Shown here: positions 10,699-20,710 of the stretch, one piece after another
Numbering within the stretch: the stretch's first letter is position 1
Layout of the letters: each line of letters begins with the position of its first letter
Assembly (NCBI GenBank): GCA_035310985.1
Contig: DATGDH010000133.1
Coordinates: 31,251-95,250, forward strand
Direction: 5' to 3'
DNA: 64,000 nucleotides
Source: Burkholderiales bacterium
GTDB lineage: Bacteria > Pseudomonadota > Gammaproteobacteria > Burkholderiales > SG8-39
The notes under the pieces: generated by a model
Databases searched by the model: none
What the model saw: only the letters and a program-made list of their open reading frames with translations
What the model was told of the DNA's origin: nothing
Position numbers and translations under genes: made by a program

Positions 10699-12207
10699 AT
10701 GTACCTCGAACACTTCGGACTCGACGAGCCCCCGTTTCGCATCACGCCGCATACCGACTTCTTCTTCGACGGTGCCGATCGCGGCGCCACGCTCGAAGCG
10801 CTCGTGTACTCGATCCTGCATGACGAGGGCATCGTCAAGGTGAGCGGCGAGGTCGGCAGCGGCAAGACCATGCTGTGCCGCGTGCTGATGGAACGCCTAC
10901 CCGAGAACGTGGACACTATCTATCTCAGCACTCCGTCGCTCGGGCGCGACGAGATTCTGTACGCGATCGCGGACGAGCTGAAGTTCCGCTTCACGCAGAG
11001 TCGCGTCTCGGTCGCACTGCGCGAGCTGCAGGAGCACCTGATCGGCCTGTACGCGGCGGGCCGCCGCGTGGTGATCCTGATCGACGAGGCGCACGCTATG
11101 CCGGAAGAGACGCTCGAGCAGGTACGGCTGCTGTCCAACCTCGAGTCGAGTCGCCACAAGCTCCTGCAGATCGTGCTCTTCGGTCAGCCCGAGCTCGACG
11201 AGGCATTGAGCAGGCCATCGCTGCGCCAGCTCAAGGACCGCATCACGCAAAGCTTCCGCATGCGCCCGCTGACGGATGACGAGGTCGCAAGCTACCTTGC
11301 CTTCCGCATGCGCGCTGCCGGCTATCGTGGGCCTGACGTGTTTACCCGGCAGGCGGTCTCGCTGATCGCGCACGCGTCCGGGGGCCTCACGCGACGCATC
11401 AATATCCTCGCAGACAAGTCGCTGCTTTCCGCGTTCACCGTCGACACCCATGCGGTCACCGCGCGGCACGCGCGCGCAGCAATCGCGGATTCTGATTTCG
11501 CCCCTTTAAAGCGACCATGGCGCCGTCCCGCGGCTTATGCGGCTGCCATACTGATTGCAGGTATCGCGATAGGAGTGACTGCTCACTGGGTGCTTTCCTC
11601 GTCCCCTCCAACCGTCGTTCCCAGTAGGCGGGCGCCGGTACAAGCCGCCCCCCCGGTCTCGGCTAAGCCCGCGCCGAAACCTGACTCTGCGCCGAATCCT
11701 GACGCTGCGCCGAGACCCGACGCCGCGCAGAAACCCGGGCTAGCACCCGGGCCCAAGCGAGTCCCGGCCATGCCTCCGGCCGTGCCGCCGCCTGCGCCGC
11801 CCGCCTCTCCGGCGCCGGAGGCTGCGCGGCTGTCGCAGGCGCAGCTGCAGCGCATCGAGGCGCGCTACGAGGCGCGCGGCCAGCCCCTGCTCGACGAGCG
11901 CCTTGCGGCGACGCGCGCGCTGCTCGCACGGGCGCCAGACGATGCCTACACGCTTGAGATGTACGTCACGGAGAACATCGATCAGGCGCGAGTCGAGCGC
12001 TTTCTCGTGCGCGCGAACGGCATGGCGGTCCTATCCCGGGTCTACGTGGTTCCGCTCGGCGGCGCGGCGACGCGGCTCTGGGTACTGTTCGGCGACTTCG
12101 CCGACCGCCAGGAGGCGCTCGCAGCGCGGAAGGGCCTGCCGGCGGAATACCAGCGCGAATTCAAGAGCGTGCCGCGCAGCTTATCCGAAATACGGCATGC
12201 ACTTTGA
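10699..12207 (+). CDS. ExeA/MshM-like AAA ATPase with TM segment, Pro-rich linker and SPOR-like C-terminal domain
   Basis: MYLEHFGLDEPPF, GEVGSGKT, LIDEAH, LFGQPEL, SGGLTRRINILADK; C-terminal VLFGDFADRQEA. Confidence 0.88.
   Translation: MYLEHFGLDEPPFRITPHTDFFFDGADRGATLEALVYSILHDEGIVKVSGEVGSGKTMLCRVLMERLPENVDTIYLSTPSLGRDEILYAIADELKFRFTQSRVSVALRELQEHLIGLYAAGRRVVILIDEAHAMPEETLEQVRLLSNLESSRHKLLQIVLFGQPELDEALSRPSLRQLKDRITQSFRMRPLTDDEVASYLAFRMRAAGYRGPDVFTRQAVSLIAHASGGLTRRINILADKSLLSAFTVDTHAVTARHARAAIADSDFAPLKRPWRRPAAYAAAILIAGIAIGVTAHWVLSSSPPTVVPSRRAPVQAAPPVSAKPAPKPDSAPNPDAAPRPDAAQKPGLAPGPKRVPAMPPAVPPPAPPASPAPEAARLSQAQLQRIEARYEARGQPLLDERLAATRALLARAPDDAYTLEMYVTENIDQARVERFLVRANGMAVLSRVYVVPLGGAATRLWVLFGDFADRQEALAARKGLPAEYQREFKSVPRSLSEIRHAL
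11671..11742 (+). repeat. Four imperfect 18-nt tandem repeats encoding APKPDS/APNPDA/APRPDA/AQKPGL
   Basis: GCGCCGAAACCTGACTCT, GCGCCGAATCCTGACGCT, GCGCCGAGACCCGACGCC, GCGCAGAAACCCGGGCTA. Confidence 0.8.
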
Positions 12208-12322
12208 CGATTATTGACAACCCATGATGGCGAAAAACCTCCGCATGACAGAAGGTTAGCGTGGTTTTCTCAGGATTGGCATGATATGCTTTTCGCGGCA
12301 AAGGGGGGAAGGCGCGCCCGTC

Positions 12323-14128
12323 ATGAACCGAAGCAAGAAGATAGTCGCCATGGGTCTCGCCGCGCTGCTCGCGGGCTGCGGTGAGGCGCCACTCAAGCCC
12401 GCAGAGACCCATCTCCGGGCCGAAACAGCTTCCCGCACCGGGGTTATTCCACCTCCCGTGCAAGCTGCGCCCGTCCTGCCGAAGCCAGTGCCTCGTACGC
12501 CGCCCGAAACCTACAGCGTGGTCGTCAACAACGTGCCTGTGCACGACCTGCTGTTTGCACTGGCACGCAACGCGCACGTGAACGTGGACATCGACCCCGG
12601 GGTCACCGGCATGGTGACGCTGAACGCCATCGACCAGACGCTGCCGCAGTTGCTGACACGCATCGCCCGCCAGGTGGACATGCGCTACGAAACGCGCGGT
12701 AACGATCTGGTCGTGATGCGCGACACGCCTTACCTGCATCTGTACAAGATCGATTACGTCAACATGGCGCGCAACGCGACCATGAACGTGTCGGTCTCCA
12801 GTCAGCTTGCGGGAGGGACGACCATGAGTGGGGGCGGGGGCGGCAGCGCCGGCGCCGCAAGCGGCACGACCAATTCCTCGTCCTCGCTCGTCATGACCTC
12901 GAACAACAAGTTCTGGGACGCGCTGGTCGCTAACGTCAAAGACATCCTGCGCGAGACGGATAAGGTGCTGCCGGCGAACGCCGCCGTCGAGGGCGGACAG
13001 GCTGCCGCGCCCGCAGCCGCCCAAACTGCGACAGGTGCGCAGCAGGGCGGGCAACAGCAGGTCGCCCCAAGTGCGCCGGCGGTTCAGCCGGTCGCCTACC
13101 GCGAAGCCGCTTCGGTCATCGCCAACCCCGAGACCGGCATCCTCACGATCCGCGCCACCGCGCGCCAGCACGCCAAGATCCAGGAGTTCCTCGACCATGT
13201 CATGGCGAGCGCCAAGCGCCAGGTGCTGATCGAGGCGACCATCGCCGAAGTCCGACTGAACAACGATTATCAGCGCGGCATCGACTGGTCGCGAGCGCTC
13301 ACCGGTAGCGCCGGCTGGACTTTCAATCAGTCCTCCGCGGGCACGCCGGCGAACATCACGACGAACGCGTTTACCATCGGTTACTCCGCCCTCAACATGA
13401 AGTTCACCTCTGCGCTGAAGATGCTAGAGTCCTTTGGCCAAGTACGGGTGCTTTCCAGCCCGACGCTCACGGTGCTAAACAACCAGGCCGCGGTGATGCG
13501 GGTGACGAATGACCTGGTGTACTTCACCTTGCAGCCGGGCACCACGACCGTGTCGTCCACTGGCACGGGAGTGGTAAACGCGCCGCCTACCTTCACTACG
13601 ACGCCGAACGTCTCGCCGGTCGGCCTGATCATGAGCGTCGTGCCGCAGATCAGTGATTCGGACGTCGTGCTGCTCGACGTTCGACCGACGATCCGCAGGC
13701 AGATCGACAGCGTGCCGGACCCGAACCCGGCGCTCGCCAACCCCTGCGGCGCCGGCGGCGGGCTCGGGGCAAGCTGCGCCCCGATCCAGAGCTTGATCCC
13801 GGTGATCCAGACGCGAGAGATGGAGTCGCTCCTGCGCGTGCAGAGCGGCCAGATTGCGGTGCTCGGCGGACTGATGGAGGACACGCGCTCGTCCACGGAG
13901 GACACGATTCCCGGTGTCAACAGGGTTCCATTCCTCGGCGACCTGTTCCAGCAGCGCCGCGACCAGAACCAGAAGACGGAGCTCGTAATCTTCCTGCGTG
14001 CCACGGTCGTGCGCGACGCCAGTCTCGAGGGGGAATTCGCCGCCTTCCGCGATCAGCTGCCAGACAAGGATTTCCTCTCCAAGCCGAACCCCGCCCGTAA
14101 CGCGCCTGTGGTCGTGCCGGGAAATTGA
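12323..14128 (+). CDS. Lipoprotein secretin, MshL-like
   Basis: Lipobox LAGC; QVLIEATIAEV, GIDW, VLSSP, QIAVLGGLM, VPFLGDLF, TELVIFL. Confidence 0.92.
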   Translation: MNRSKKIVAMGLAALLAGCGEAPLKPAETHLRAETASRTGVIPPPVQAAPVLPKPVPRTPPETYSVVVNNVPVHDLLFALARNAHVNVDIDPGVTGMVTLNAIDQTLPQLLTRIARQVDMRYETRGNDLVVMRDTPYLHLYKIDYVNMARNATMNVSVSSQLAGGTTMSGGGGGSAGAASGTTNSSSSLVMTSNNKFWDALVANVKDILRETDKVLPANAAVEGGQAAAPAAAQTATGAQQGGQQQVAPSAPAVQPVAYREAASVIANPETGILTIRATARQHAKIQEFLDHVMASAKRQVLIEATIAEVRLNNDYQRGIDWSRALTGSAGWTFNQSSAGTPANITTNAFTIGYSALNMKFTSALKMLESFGQVRVLSSPTLTVLNNQAAVMRVTNDLVYFTLQPGTTTVSSTGTGVVNAPPTFTTTPNVSPVGLIMSVVPQISDSDVVLLDVRPTIRRQIDSVPDPNPALANPCGAGGGLGASCAPIQSLIPVIQTREMESLLRVQSGQIAVLGGLMEDTRSSTEDTIPGVNRVPFLGDLFQQRRDQNQKTELVIFLRATVVRDASLEGEFAAFRDQLPDKDFLSKPNPARNAPVVVPGN

Positions 14129-14129
14129 G

Positions 14130-15551
14130 ATGAGCCTGCTCCTCGACGCGCTGAAGAAAGCGGAAAAGGCGAAGGAAGAGGCGCAGCGTCGTGCCGAGGC
14201 GGACGAGACGGCGGCGCCGAGCGCACCCAGCACGCCGCCGGATCTGCGGCTTTCCGAAGAGGCGCGCGCGAGCGGCACGCCGCACGTGCGTACGCGCGAC
14301 GAGCTACCCGATATCTCGCAGTCGCTTGAGATCGCGACCGAGGATCTGTCACCCGTGAGTCGTCCGCGCGAAGCGCCCCGTGAGCTCACGCTCGAGAGCC
14401 TCGAAGCGTCTCCGCAGACTGCTTCTCCGGTGCGCCAGCGACCGACCACAGCGCAGAGTGATGCAGCGCGCGGACAGAGCGCCGAACGCGCCGCCGCGAA
14501 GATGGTTTTCGAGGCCAAGATGAGGGAGCCCAATCCGCGCTTGCCGTTTTTCATCGCGCTCGGCGTGCTAGGCGCCGTGGCGCTCGGCACGGTGGTCTAT
14601 TTCTGGTATCAGTTGCGGCCGCCGCCGTCCCTTGTGAACGCGAATCCGGTCCCGACCCAGGTCGAGCAACTCCCCTCGGTGGCCGGGAGCGGCGGCACCG
14701 CGGCTCCCATGGCGCCCTCGTCCGGCGCTGGGATTACTGGCGGCGAGGTACCCGGCCTGCCGGGACTTCCGGCGGCCCCCCCGGCACCGCCGCCGCAGCA
14801 GGCCGCGCAGGCGCCGTCCGAACCGCCCGCGCAAGCGCGCACGTCCGCGGCGAGGCCCGAGCAACGCGTCGCTACGCGCGCGGCGGTCGGGCTGCGTGCT
14901 GCACCCCAGTCGCCCGCTCCGCGCGTCGAGCTGAAAAGGCCATCGAGCGATGATGCGCTGACGGTTGCACGGCCGGCGCCGCGTCTCGACCCGGATGTCG
15001 CCGCCGGTTATGCGGCCTACCAGGAGGGCGATTTGGCGGCCGCGCGGACCCACTACGAGCAAGCGCTGCAGAAGGACGCCGGCAACCGCGATGCTCTGCT
15101 TGGCCTCGCAGCGCTCGACATGCGCGCGCAGCGCTACGACGCCGCTGCCACCCACTACCGGCGGCTGCTGCAGGCGAATCCGCGCGACCCGTATGCGCTT
15201 GCGGGGCTGCTGGCGCTGCGCGGCGGCCAGGTCGATCCGCTGTTCGCGGAGAGCCGCGTGAAGACCCTGCTCGCATCCGATACGGGTACCGATGTGCTGA
15301 ACTTCACGCTCGGTAACGAGTACGCCCGGCAGGGACGCTGGGGCGAGGCGCAGCAGGCCTACTTCAAGGCGTTCGCCGCCGACCCGAGCAATCCCGACTT
15401 TGCCTACAATCTCGCCGTGAGCCTCGAACACATTGGCAAACCGGAGCTCGCACTCGAGCAGTACCGGCAAGCGCTCGCGCTCGCTCAGCAGCGAGCCGCG
15501 AGCTTCGACCCGGCAGCGGTGCGCAAGCGCGTCGAGGAGCTGAGCAACTGA
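14130..15551 (+). CDS. Membrane-anchored TPR protein (GspB/MshN-like)
   Basis: N-terminal MSLLLDALKKAE, one TM segment, Pro-rich linker, C-terminal TPRs (AYNLAVSLE, ALEQYRQAL). Confidence 0.8.
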   Translation: MSLLLDALKKAEKAKEEAQRRAEADETAAPSAPSTPPDLRLSEEARASGTPHVRTRDELPDISQSLEIATEDLSPVSRPREAPRELTLESLEASPQTASPVRQRPTTAQSDAARGQSAERAAAKMVFEAKMREPNPRLPFFIALGVLGAVALGTVVYFWYQLRPPPSLVNANPVPTQVEQLPSVAGSGGTAAPMAPSSGAGITGGEVPGLPGLPAAPPAPPPQQAAQAPSEPPAQARTSAARPEQRVATRAAVGLRAAPQSPAPRVELKRPSSDDALTVARPAPRLDPDVAAGYAAYQEGDLAAARTHYEQALQKDAGNRDALLGLAALDMRAQRYDAAATHYRRLLQANPRDPYALAGLLALRGGQVDPLFAESRVKTLLASDTGTDVLNFTLGNEYARQGRWGEAQQAYFKAFAADPSNPDFAYNLAVSLEHIGKPELALEQYRQALALAQQRAASFDPAAVRKRVEELSN

Positions 15552-15598
15552 GGAATAGATAGGTTCGCCCGGCACGCGCCGGACACCATTATTTACGG

Positions 15599-17308
15599 AT
15601 GAACTCGCCCACCAATCCGCAGGCCAGGCGCCACATCGGGCAGATCCTGATCGACCAGGGCATCCTCACCGAGGATCAGCTCAGGATCGCGCTGCTCGAG
15701 CAGATGAAGTCGCACCTGCCGGTGGGCCGGCTGCTGGTGCAACTCGGCTTCGTGTCGGAAGCCACGCTGCGCGACGCGCTGTCGCAGAAGCTCGGCCTGC
15801 AATCGGTAGATCTGGCGCACATCATCGTCGACCCGGCTGCACTCAAGGCGCTACCCAGGGAGCTTGCGCGGCGCTACCGCATCTTTCCCATCGCGCTCGA
15901 CCGCCAGGCGAACAGGTTCATCGTGGCGCTCGCGGACACGAACAACATCGTGGCGGTCGACCAGTTGCGCACGCATCTCAAGGGCGACTTCGAGATCGAG
16001 CTTAGGCTCGCCGGCGACTCCGAGATCGAGCGAGCGATCGAGCATTACTACGGGCACGAATTCTCGATCGACGGCATCCTGCAGGAGATCGAGACCGGCG
16101 AGGTCGACTACAGCTCGCTGACCGAGGAGGACGAGTACAGCCAGCCGGTGGTGCGGCTCATCTCGGCCTTGCTCGCCGATGCGGTCGAACACGGCGCCTC
16201 CGACATCCACTTTGAGCCCGAGCAGAGCTTTCTGCGCATTCGCTACCGCATAGATGGCGTCTTGCGCCAGATCCGCTCGCTGCACAAGACCTACTGGCCG
16301 GCCATGGCGGTGCGCCTGAAGGTCATGTCCAAGATGAATATTGCCGAGACGCGCGCTCCGCAGGACGGTCGCATATCGGCGACCATGTCCGGCAGGGTCA
16401 TCGATTTCCGCGTCTCCAGCCTGCCGACCACGCACGGCGAGAACCTGGTGCTGCGCATCCTGGACCGCCAGAAAGGGATCGTGCCGCTGGACAAACTCGG
16501 CCTCGAGGACTCTCAGCTCGAGCTGCTGAAGCGCATGATCGCCCGACCGGAGGGCATCATTCTCGTTACCGGTCCTACCGGAAGCGGCAAGACGACAACG
16601 CTCTATTCGATCCTCAATCACGTCAACTCGGACGCGGTCAACATCATGACGCTCGAGGATCCCGTCGAATACCCGCTGACGCTCATCCGTCAGACCTCGG
16701 TGTCGGAGGCGGCGAAGCTCGATTTCGCCAACGGCGTACGCGCCATGATGCGCCAAGATCCGGACAAGATTCTCGTGGGTGAGGTGCGCGACGCCGATAC
16801 GGCCGAAATGGCGTTCCGCGCCGCGATGACCGGTCACCAGGTGTTTTCCACGCTGCATACCAATTCGGCAATCGGCGCCATTCCGCGACTGCTGGACATC
16901 GGAATCGTGCCGGACGTCATGACCGGGAACATCATAGGCGTCATCGCGCAGCGTCTGGTGCGCAGGCTGTGCCGGACTTGTCGCCAGGCGTACGCCCCAG
17001 ACGCGGGCGAGATGCGCATGCTGGGCATGAAGGCGAGCGAGACCGCGACGCTGTACCGCGCCGTCGGCTGCGAGCAGTGCGACTACCAGGGATACCGGGG
17101 ACGCACAGCGATCATCGAAATCCTGAAAATTGACGCGACACTCGACGAACTTATCGCGCGGCGGGCCACCACGCGCGAGATCTTCGATGCGGCGCGCGCC
17201 AAGGGCTTCAGGACCCTGGCAGATGACGGCGTGCGTCTGGTGCGCGCCGGCGCGACAAGCCTCGAAGAGCTGATGCGCGTGGTGGACCTGACCGATCGGA
17301 TGGGTTGA
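15599..17308 (+). CDS. GspE/PilB/MshE-family assembly ATPase
   Basis: ASDIHFEP, PQDGR, GPTGSGKTT, TLEDPVE, RQDPD..VGEVRD, tetra-Cys LCRTC/GCEQC. Confidence 0.95.
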   Translation: MNSPTNPQARRHIGQILIDQGILTEDQLRIALLEQMKSHLPVGRLLVQLGFVSEATLRDALSQKLGLQSVDLAHIIVDPAALKALPRELARRYRIFPIALDRQANRFIVALADTNNIVAVDQLRTHLKGDFEIELRLAGDSEIERAIEHYYGHEFSIDGILQEIETGEVDYSSLTEEDEYSQPVVRLISALLADAVEHGASDIHFEPEQSFLRIRYRIDGVLRQIRSLHKTYWPAMAVRLKVMSKMNIAETRAPQDGRISATMSGRVIDFRVSSLPTTHGENLVLRILDRQKGIVPLDKLGLEDSQLELLKRMIARPEGIILVTGPTGSGKTTTLYSILNHVNSDAVNIMTLEDPVEYPLTLIRQTSVSEAAKLDFANGVRAMMRQDPDKILVGEVRDADTAEMAFRAAMTGHQVFSTLHTNSAIGAIPRLLDIGIVPDVMTGNIIGVIAQRLVRRLCRTCRQAYAPDAGEMRMLGMKASETATLYRAVGCEQCDYQGYRGRTAIIEILKIDATLDELIARRATTREIFDAARAKGFRTLADDGVRLVRAGATSLEELMRVVDLTDRMG

Positions 17309-17335
17309 GCGCGGCCGTGGCGCCGCGCAGCGAGC

Positions 17336-18541
17336 ATGCCCCTCTACACGTACAAGGCGATCGACGGCGACGGCAAGAGCGTGCTCGGGCGGATCGAGGC
17401 AGTGAACGTGTTCGACCTCGAGCAGCGTCTGGCGCGCATGGGCCTGGACCTGGTGAACGGCGCTCCGACGAGCGGCCGCTCGCGGTTGATCGGTGGCATG
17501 CGCGTCAGCCGCCCGGACTTGATAAATTTCTGCTTTCACCTCGAGCAGCTCACATCCGCTGGTGTACCGGTCGTCGAAGGCCTCGTGGATCTGCGCGAGA
17601 GCATGGACAATGCGCGCTTTCGCGAGGTGGTGTCGGGTCTTGTCGAGGCGATCGAGGGAGGTCGCAGCCTGTCCCAGGCGCTTGCCGAGTATCCCGAGGT
17701 TTTCGGCAAGGTATTCGTTAGCCTGGTGCGCTCGGGTGAGCAGACGGGCAAGCTCCCCGCTGTGCTCAAGAGCCTGACCGAATCGCTCAAGTGGGAGGAC
17801 GAACTCGCCGCGCAGACCAAGAAGCTGCTCATGTACCCGGCGTTCGTCGGCACGATCGTCTTGCTTGTGACCTTCTTCCTCATGATCTACCTGGTGCCGC
17901 AGATGACCGGGTTCATCCGCAACATGGGGCAGCAGATTCCGCTGCAGACGCGCATCCTGATCGAAGTGTCGAATTTCTTCGTCAACTTCTGGTGGGCGAT
18001 CGTCGCGGCGCCGTTCGTCACCTGGTTCGGACTGAAGCTCGCCGCAAGATCGTACCCGGCGGTCGAATACGCCATCGATCGCTACAAGATCTCGCTGCCG
18101 CTGGTCGGCCCGATCCTGCGCAAGATCATCCTGTCGCGCTTCGCCTCCAGCTTCGCAATGATGTATGCGTCCGGGATCACAGTACTCGACGCGATCCGCA
18201 GCTCAGAGGAAATCGTGGGCAACAAGCCTCTAGAAAATGCGCTGCACACTGCGGGTCAGCAGATCTCCGAAGGCAAGAACCTGACCGCAGCATTCCAGGA
18301 AGCGGAGCTGTTCCCACCGCTGGTTATCCGCATGCTCAAGATCGGCGAGAATACCGGCGGGCTCGACACGGCGCTGCTGAACGTGAGCTATTTCTACAAC
18401 CGCGAGGTAAAGGAAGGCATTGGGAAGCTGCAGGCGATGATCGAGCCCGCGCTCACGCTCGTCCTCGGCCTGATCCTCGGCTGGGTGATGCTGGCCGTGC
18501 TCGGGCCGGTGTACGACACCATCTCGAAAATGAAGTTCTGA
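17336..18541 (+). CDS. GspF/PilC/MshG inner-membrane platform protein
   Basis: YTYKAID, LVRSGEQTGKL, LMYPAFV, MLKIGENTGGL, MIEP. Confidence 0.94.
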   Translation: MPLYTYKAIDGDGKSVLGRIEAVNVFDLEQRLARMGLDLVNGAPTSGRSRLIGGMRVSRPDLINFCFHLEQLTSAGVPVVEGLVDLRESMDNARFREVVSGLVEAIEGGRSLSQALAEYPEVFGKVFVSLVRSGEQTGKLPAVLKSLTESLKWEDELAAQTKKLLMYPAFVGTIVLLVTFFLMIYLVPQMTGFIRNMGQQIPLQTRILIEVSNFFVNFWWAIVAAPFVTWFGLKLAARSYPAVEYAIDRYKISLPLVGPILRKIILSRFASSFAMMYASGITVLDAIRSSEEIVGNKPLENALHTAGQQISEGKNLTAAFQEAELFPPLVIRMLKIGENTGGLDTALLNVSYFYNREVKEGIGKLQAMIEPALTLVLGLILGWVMLAVLGPVYDTISKMKF

Positions 18542-18557
18542 AAGGGCTGCAAGGGCG

Positions 18558-20105
18558 ATGTCGGCCAAGCGCATTCTGTACTTCACCTCGAGCGAGCACC
18601 TCGTTTATCGTTGGTCGCGGCGTGCGCTCGACCTCGACGCGCGCTTCGAGGCCGACGAGGAGGGCTTGAACGCTTTCCGCGAATTCATGCGCCACCAGAA
18701 GGGGGCACTGTTCTATGTGGTCGCCGACCTCGCGGGCGAGGACTTCCACGAGGACCAGATACCCTATTTGCGCGGCGGCGACCGTCAAGCCGTGGTGCAG
18801 CGGCGTCTGGCACAGCGCTACCGCGACACGCGCCTCGCGACCGCTTTGCCGCTCGGCTACGTCACCGGCGAGAGGCGGAACGAGCGCCTGTTGCTCGCCT
18901 CTTTCACCAATACCCAGCAGTTCACTCCTTGGCTCGACGCGCTGGTCGACTCCGAGGCCAAGCTTGCCGGCGTGTATTCCGCGCCACTGATCGCGCCTGC
19001 GCTGGCAGCACGCCTCGGGGCGCGCAAGGGGCGGGCATTCGTGGTCACCCAGAATAGCGCCGGCTTGCGTCAGTGCTACGTGGACGACGGGCGGCTGCGA
19101 TTCTCGCGCCTAGAGCGCACCGGCAACATGGCGCCCGCCTCGCTCGCCGCACTCGTGCGCTCCGAGATGGTGCGTCTGGCGCAGTACCTTGGCGGCCTGC
19201 GCGCGTTGCCGCGCGAGGGACCTCCGATACAGGTACTGGTGGTCGCCCCGCCGGGCCAGCGCGCGGCGTTCGAACACGCGCTCGTTTCGGATGCGCGGCT
19301 TTCGTTCCGCACGTTCGATGCGGACGAGGCGGCGCGCTCGGTCGGCGTTCGGCGCGCGGGCGATTCGCTCGCCGAGCGGCTGTATCTGCACCTGGTAGTC
19401 TCCAAGCCGCCGAAAGAGCAATTCGCGCGCAGAGAGGAGCGTCGGGGCTACCGCATCTGGCAACTGCAGCGCGGCATCGCGGCAGCGGGCGTGCTCGGCT
19501 TCGCCGCATGCGCGCTCTACGCCGGGGCGAACTGGTGGGACGCGCTTTCGGTGCGCAGTAGCATCGAGTTCCAGCAACGCCAGGCACGCGCCGCATCCGA
19601 GCAATATGAGCGCATCACGGCAGCGTTTCCGGTCACCCAGACCAGCAGTGACAACCTCAAGGCGACCGTGGTGGAGTTCCGCAAGATCGCCGCCAGCAGC
19701 GGCAGTCCCGAGGCCTCGCTGGTGCACCTGTCGAAGGTGCTCGACCATTTTCCGCAAATCGAGCTCGATCGGCTGGTGTGGCGCATGGGCGTGCCGACCG
19801 AGGACGGCCGCGAGGCACCGCCCGCGGCGGCGGCACCACCCACGAACGCCGCGTCTGCGCGCGACGTCCAGGTGCTCGAGATCGCGGGCCGCGTGAACGC
19901 CACTCAGCGCTCGGACTATCGCGGCATTACCGCCCAAGTGCAGCAGTTCGCCGACGCACTCAGTGCGGGCGGCGTGTACCGCGTGCTGCGCACTCAGCTG
20001 CCGTTCGACATCACGTCGCAGGGTACGCTTACCGGGGACATCGGCGCCTCCGAGGCGAGCGAGGCGCCGCGCTTCACTGTCGTGCTTGCCAGGGGTCCGA
20101 AATGA
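18558..20105 (+). CDS. Putative alignment-complex protein (PilM/PilN- or GspL-like fusion)
   Basis: Large N-terminal soluble part, single TM (IAAAGVLGFAACALY), coiled coil and periplasmic domain; follows the platform gene. Confidence 0.6.
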   Translation: MSAKRILYFTSSEHLVYRWSRRALDLDARFEADEEGLNAFREFMRHQKGALFYVVADLAGEDFHEDQIPYLRGGDRQAVVQRRLAQRYRDTRLATALPLGYVTGERRNERLLLASFTNTQQFTPWLDALVDSEAKLAGVYSAPLIAPALAARLGARKGRAFVVTQNSAGLRQCYVDDGRLRFSRLERTGNMAPASLAALVRSEMVRLAQYLGGLRALPREGPPIQVLVVAPPGQRAAFEHALVSDARLSFRTFDADEAARSVGVRRAGDSLAERLYLHLVVSKPPKEQFARREERRGYRIWQLQRGIAAAGVLGFAACALYAGANWWDALSVRSSIEFQQRQARAASEQYERITAAFPVTQTSSDNLKATVVEFRKIAASSGSPEASLVHLSKVLDHFPQIELDRLVWRMGVPTEDGREAPPAAAAPPTNAASARDVQVLEIAGRVNATQRSDYRGITAQVQQFADALSAGGVYRVLRTQLPFDITSQGTLTGDIGASEASEAPRFTVVLARGPK

Positions 20106-20710
20106 ATTTCACGGCCGCCGAGGCGCGCAAGCTGGCCCTGCCCCTACTCCTGTGTCTACTGCTTCTTGGCGGGGGCGCAGCGCTCATTGCGCAGGTGCAG
20201 TCGGTGCTTGCGCGCGACCACCGTGAGCTCGCCGAAGCTCAGCGCCAGCGCGCCGAAGCGAATCAGCGGCTAGCGCGCATCGCCGAAGAAGAGCGGGAGG
20301 TAAACGAAAAGCTCGCGCTTTACCGGCGCCTCAAGGCGCTGCACATCATTGGTCCGGAGCGCCGCCTGGAATGGGCCGACACGATGGCGCACATTCGCAC
20401 CAGCCGTGAGCTGCCCGACCTGCGCTACCAGGTCGAGCGCCAGCAACTGCTCGTATCGGTGCCGGGAAAGCCCGCGAACGTCGATTTCTACTCGAGCACG
20501 ATGAAAGTCGACCTCGCGTTGCTGCATGAAGGTGACTTGCTCGGCTTCCTCAAGGACCTGCGCGACTCGGGCAACGCCTACTACTCGATTCGAAGCTGCG
20601 ACATTTCGCGCACCGGACAGACTCCGACGGGAACCTCGATCGTGCCGCGGCTGCACGCGAGGTGTGACATCGATCTCATCACCATACTCGACCGGGCGGC
20701 GAAGACATGA
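20102..20710 (+). CDS. Putative PilO/GspM-like bitopic protein
   Basis: ATGA overlap; N-terminal TM, coiled coil, LLHEGDLLGFL; operon position. Confidence 0.6.
   Translation: MNFTAAEARKLALPLLLCLLLLGGGAALIAQVQSVLARDHRELAEAQRQRAEANQRLARIAEEEREVNEKLALYRRLKALHIIGPERRLEWADTMAHIRTSRELPDLRYQVERQQLLVSVPGKPANVDFYSSTMKVDLALLHEGDLLGFLKDLRDSGNAYYSIRSCDISRTGQTPTGTSIVPRLHARCDIDLITILDRAAKT

Noticed and set aside
11648..11654. C7 run in exeA as a phase-variation tract
   Set aside because: Too short and within a Pro-rich, GC-rich linker; the frame is intact.
12277..12291. TGGCATGATATGC upstream of the secretin as a sigma54 promoter
   Set aside because: GG-GC spacing is 8 nt, not the required 10; it fits an extended -10 (TG-A-TATGCT) better, but that is unproven.
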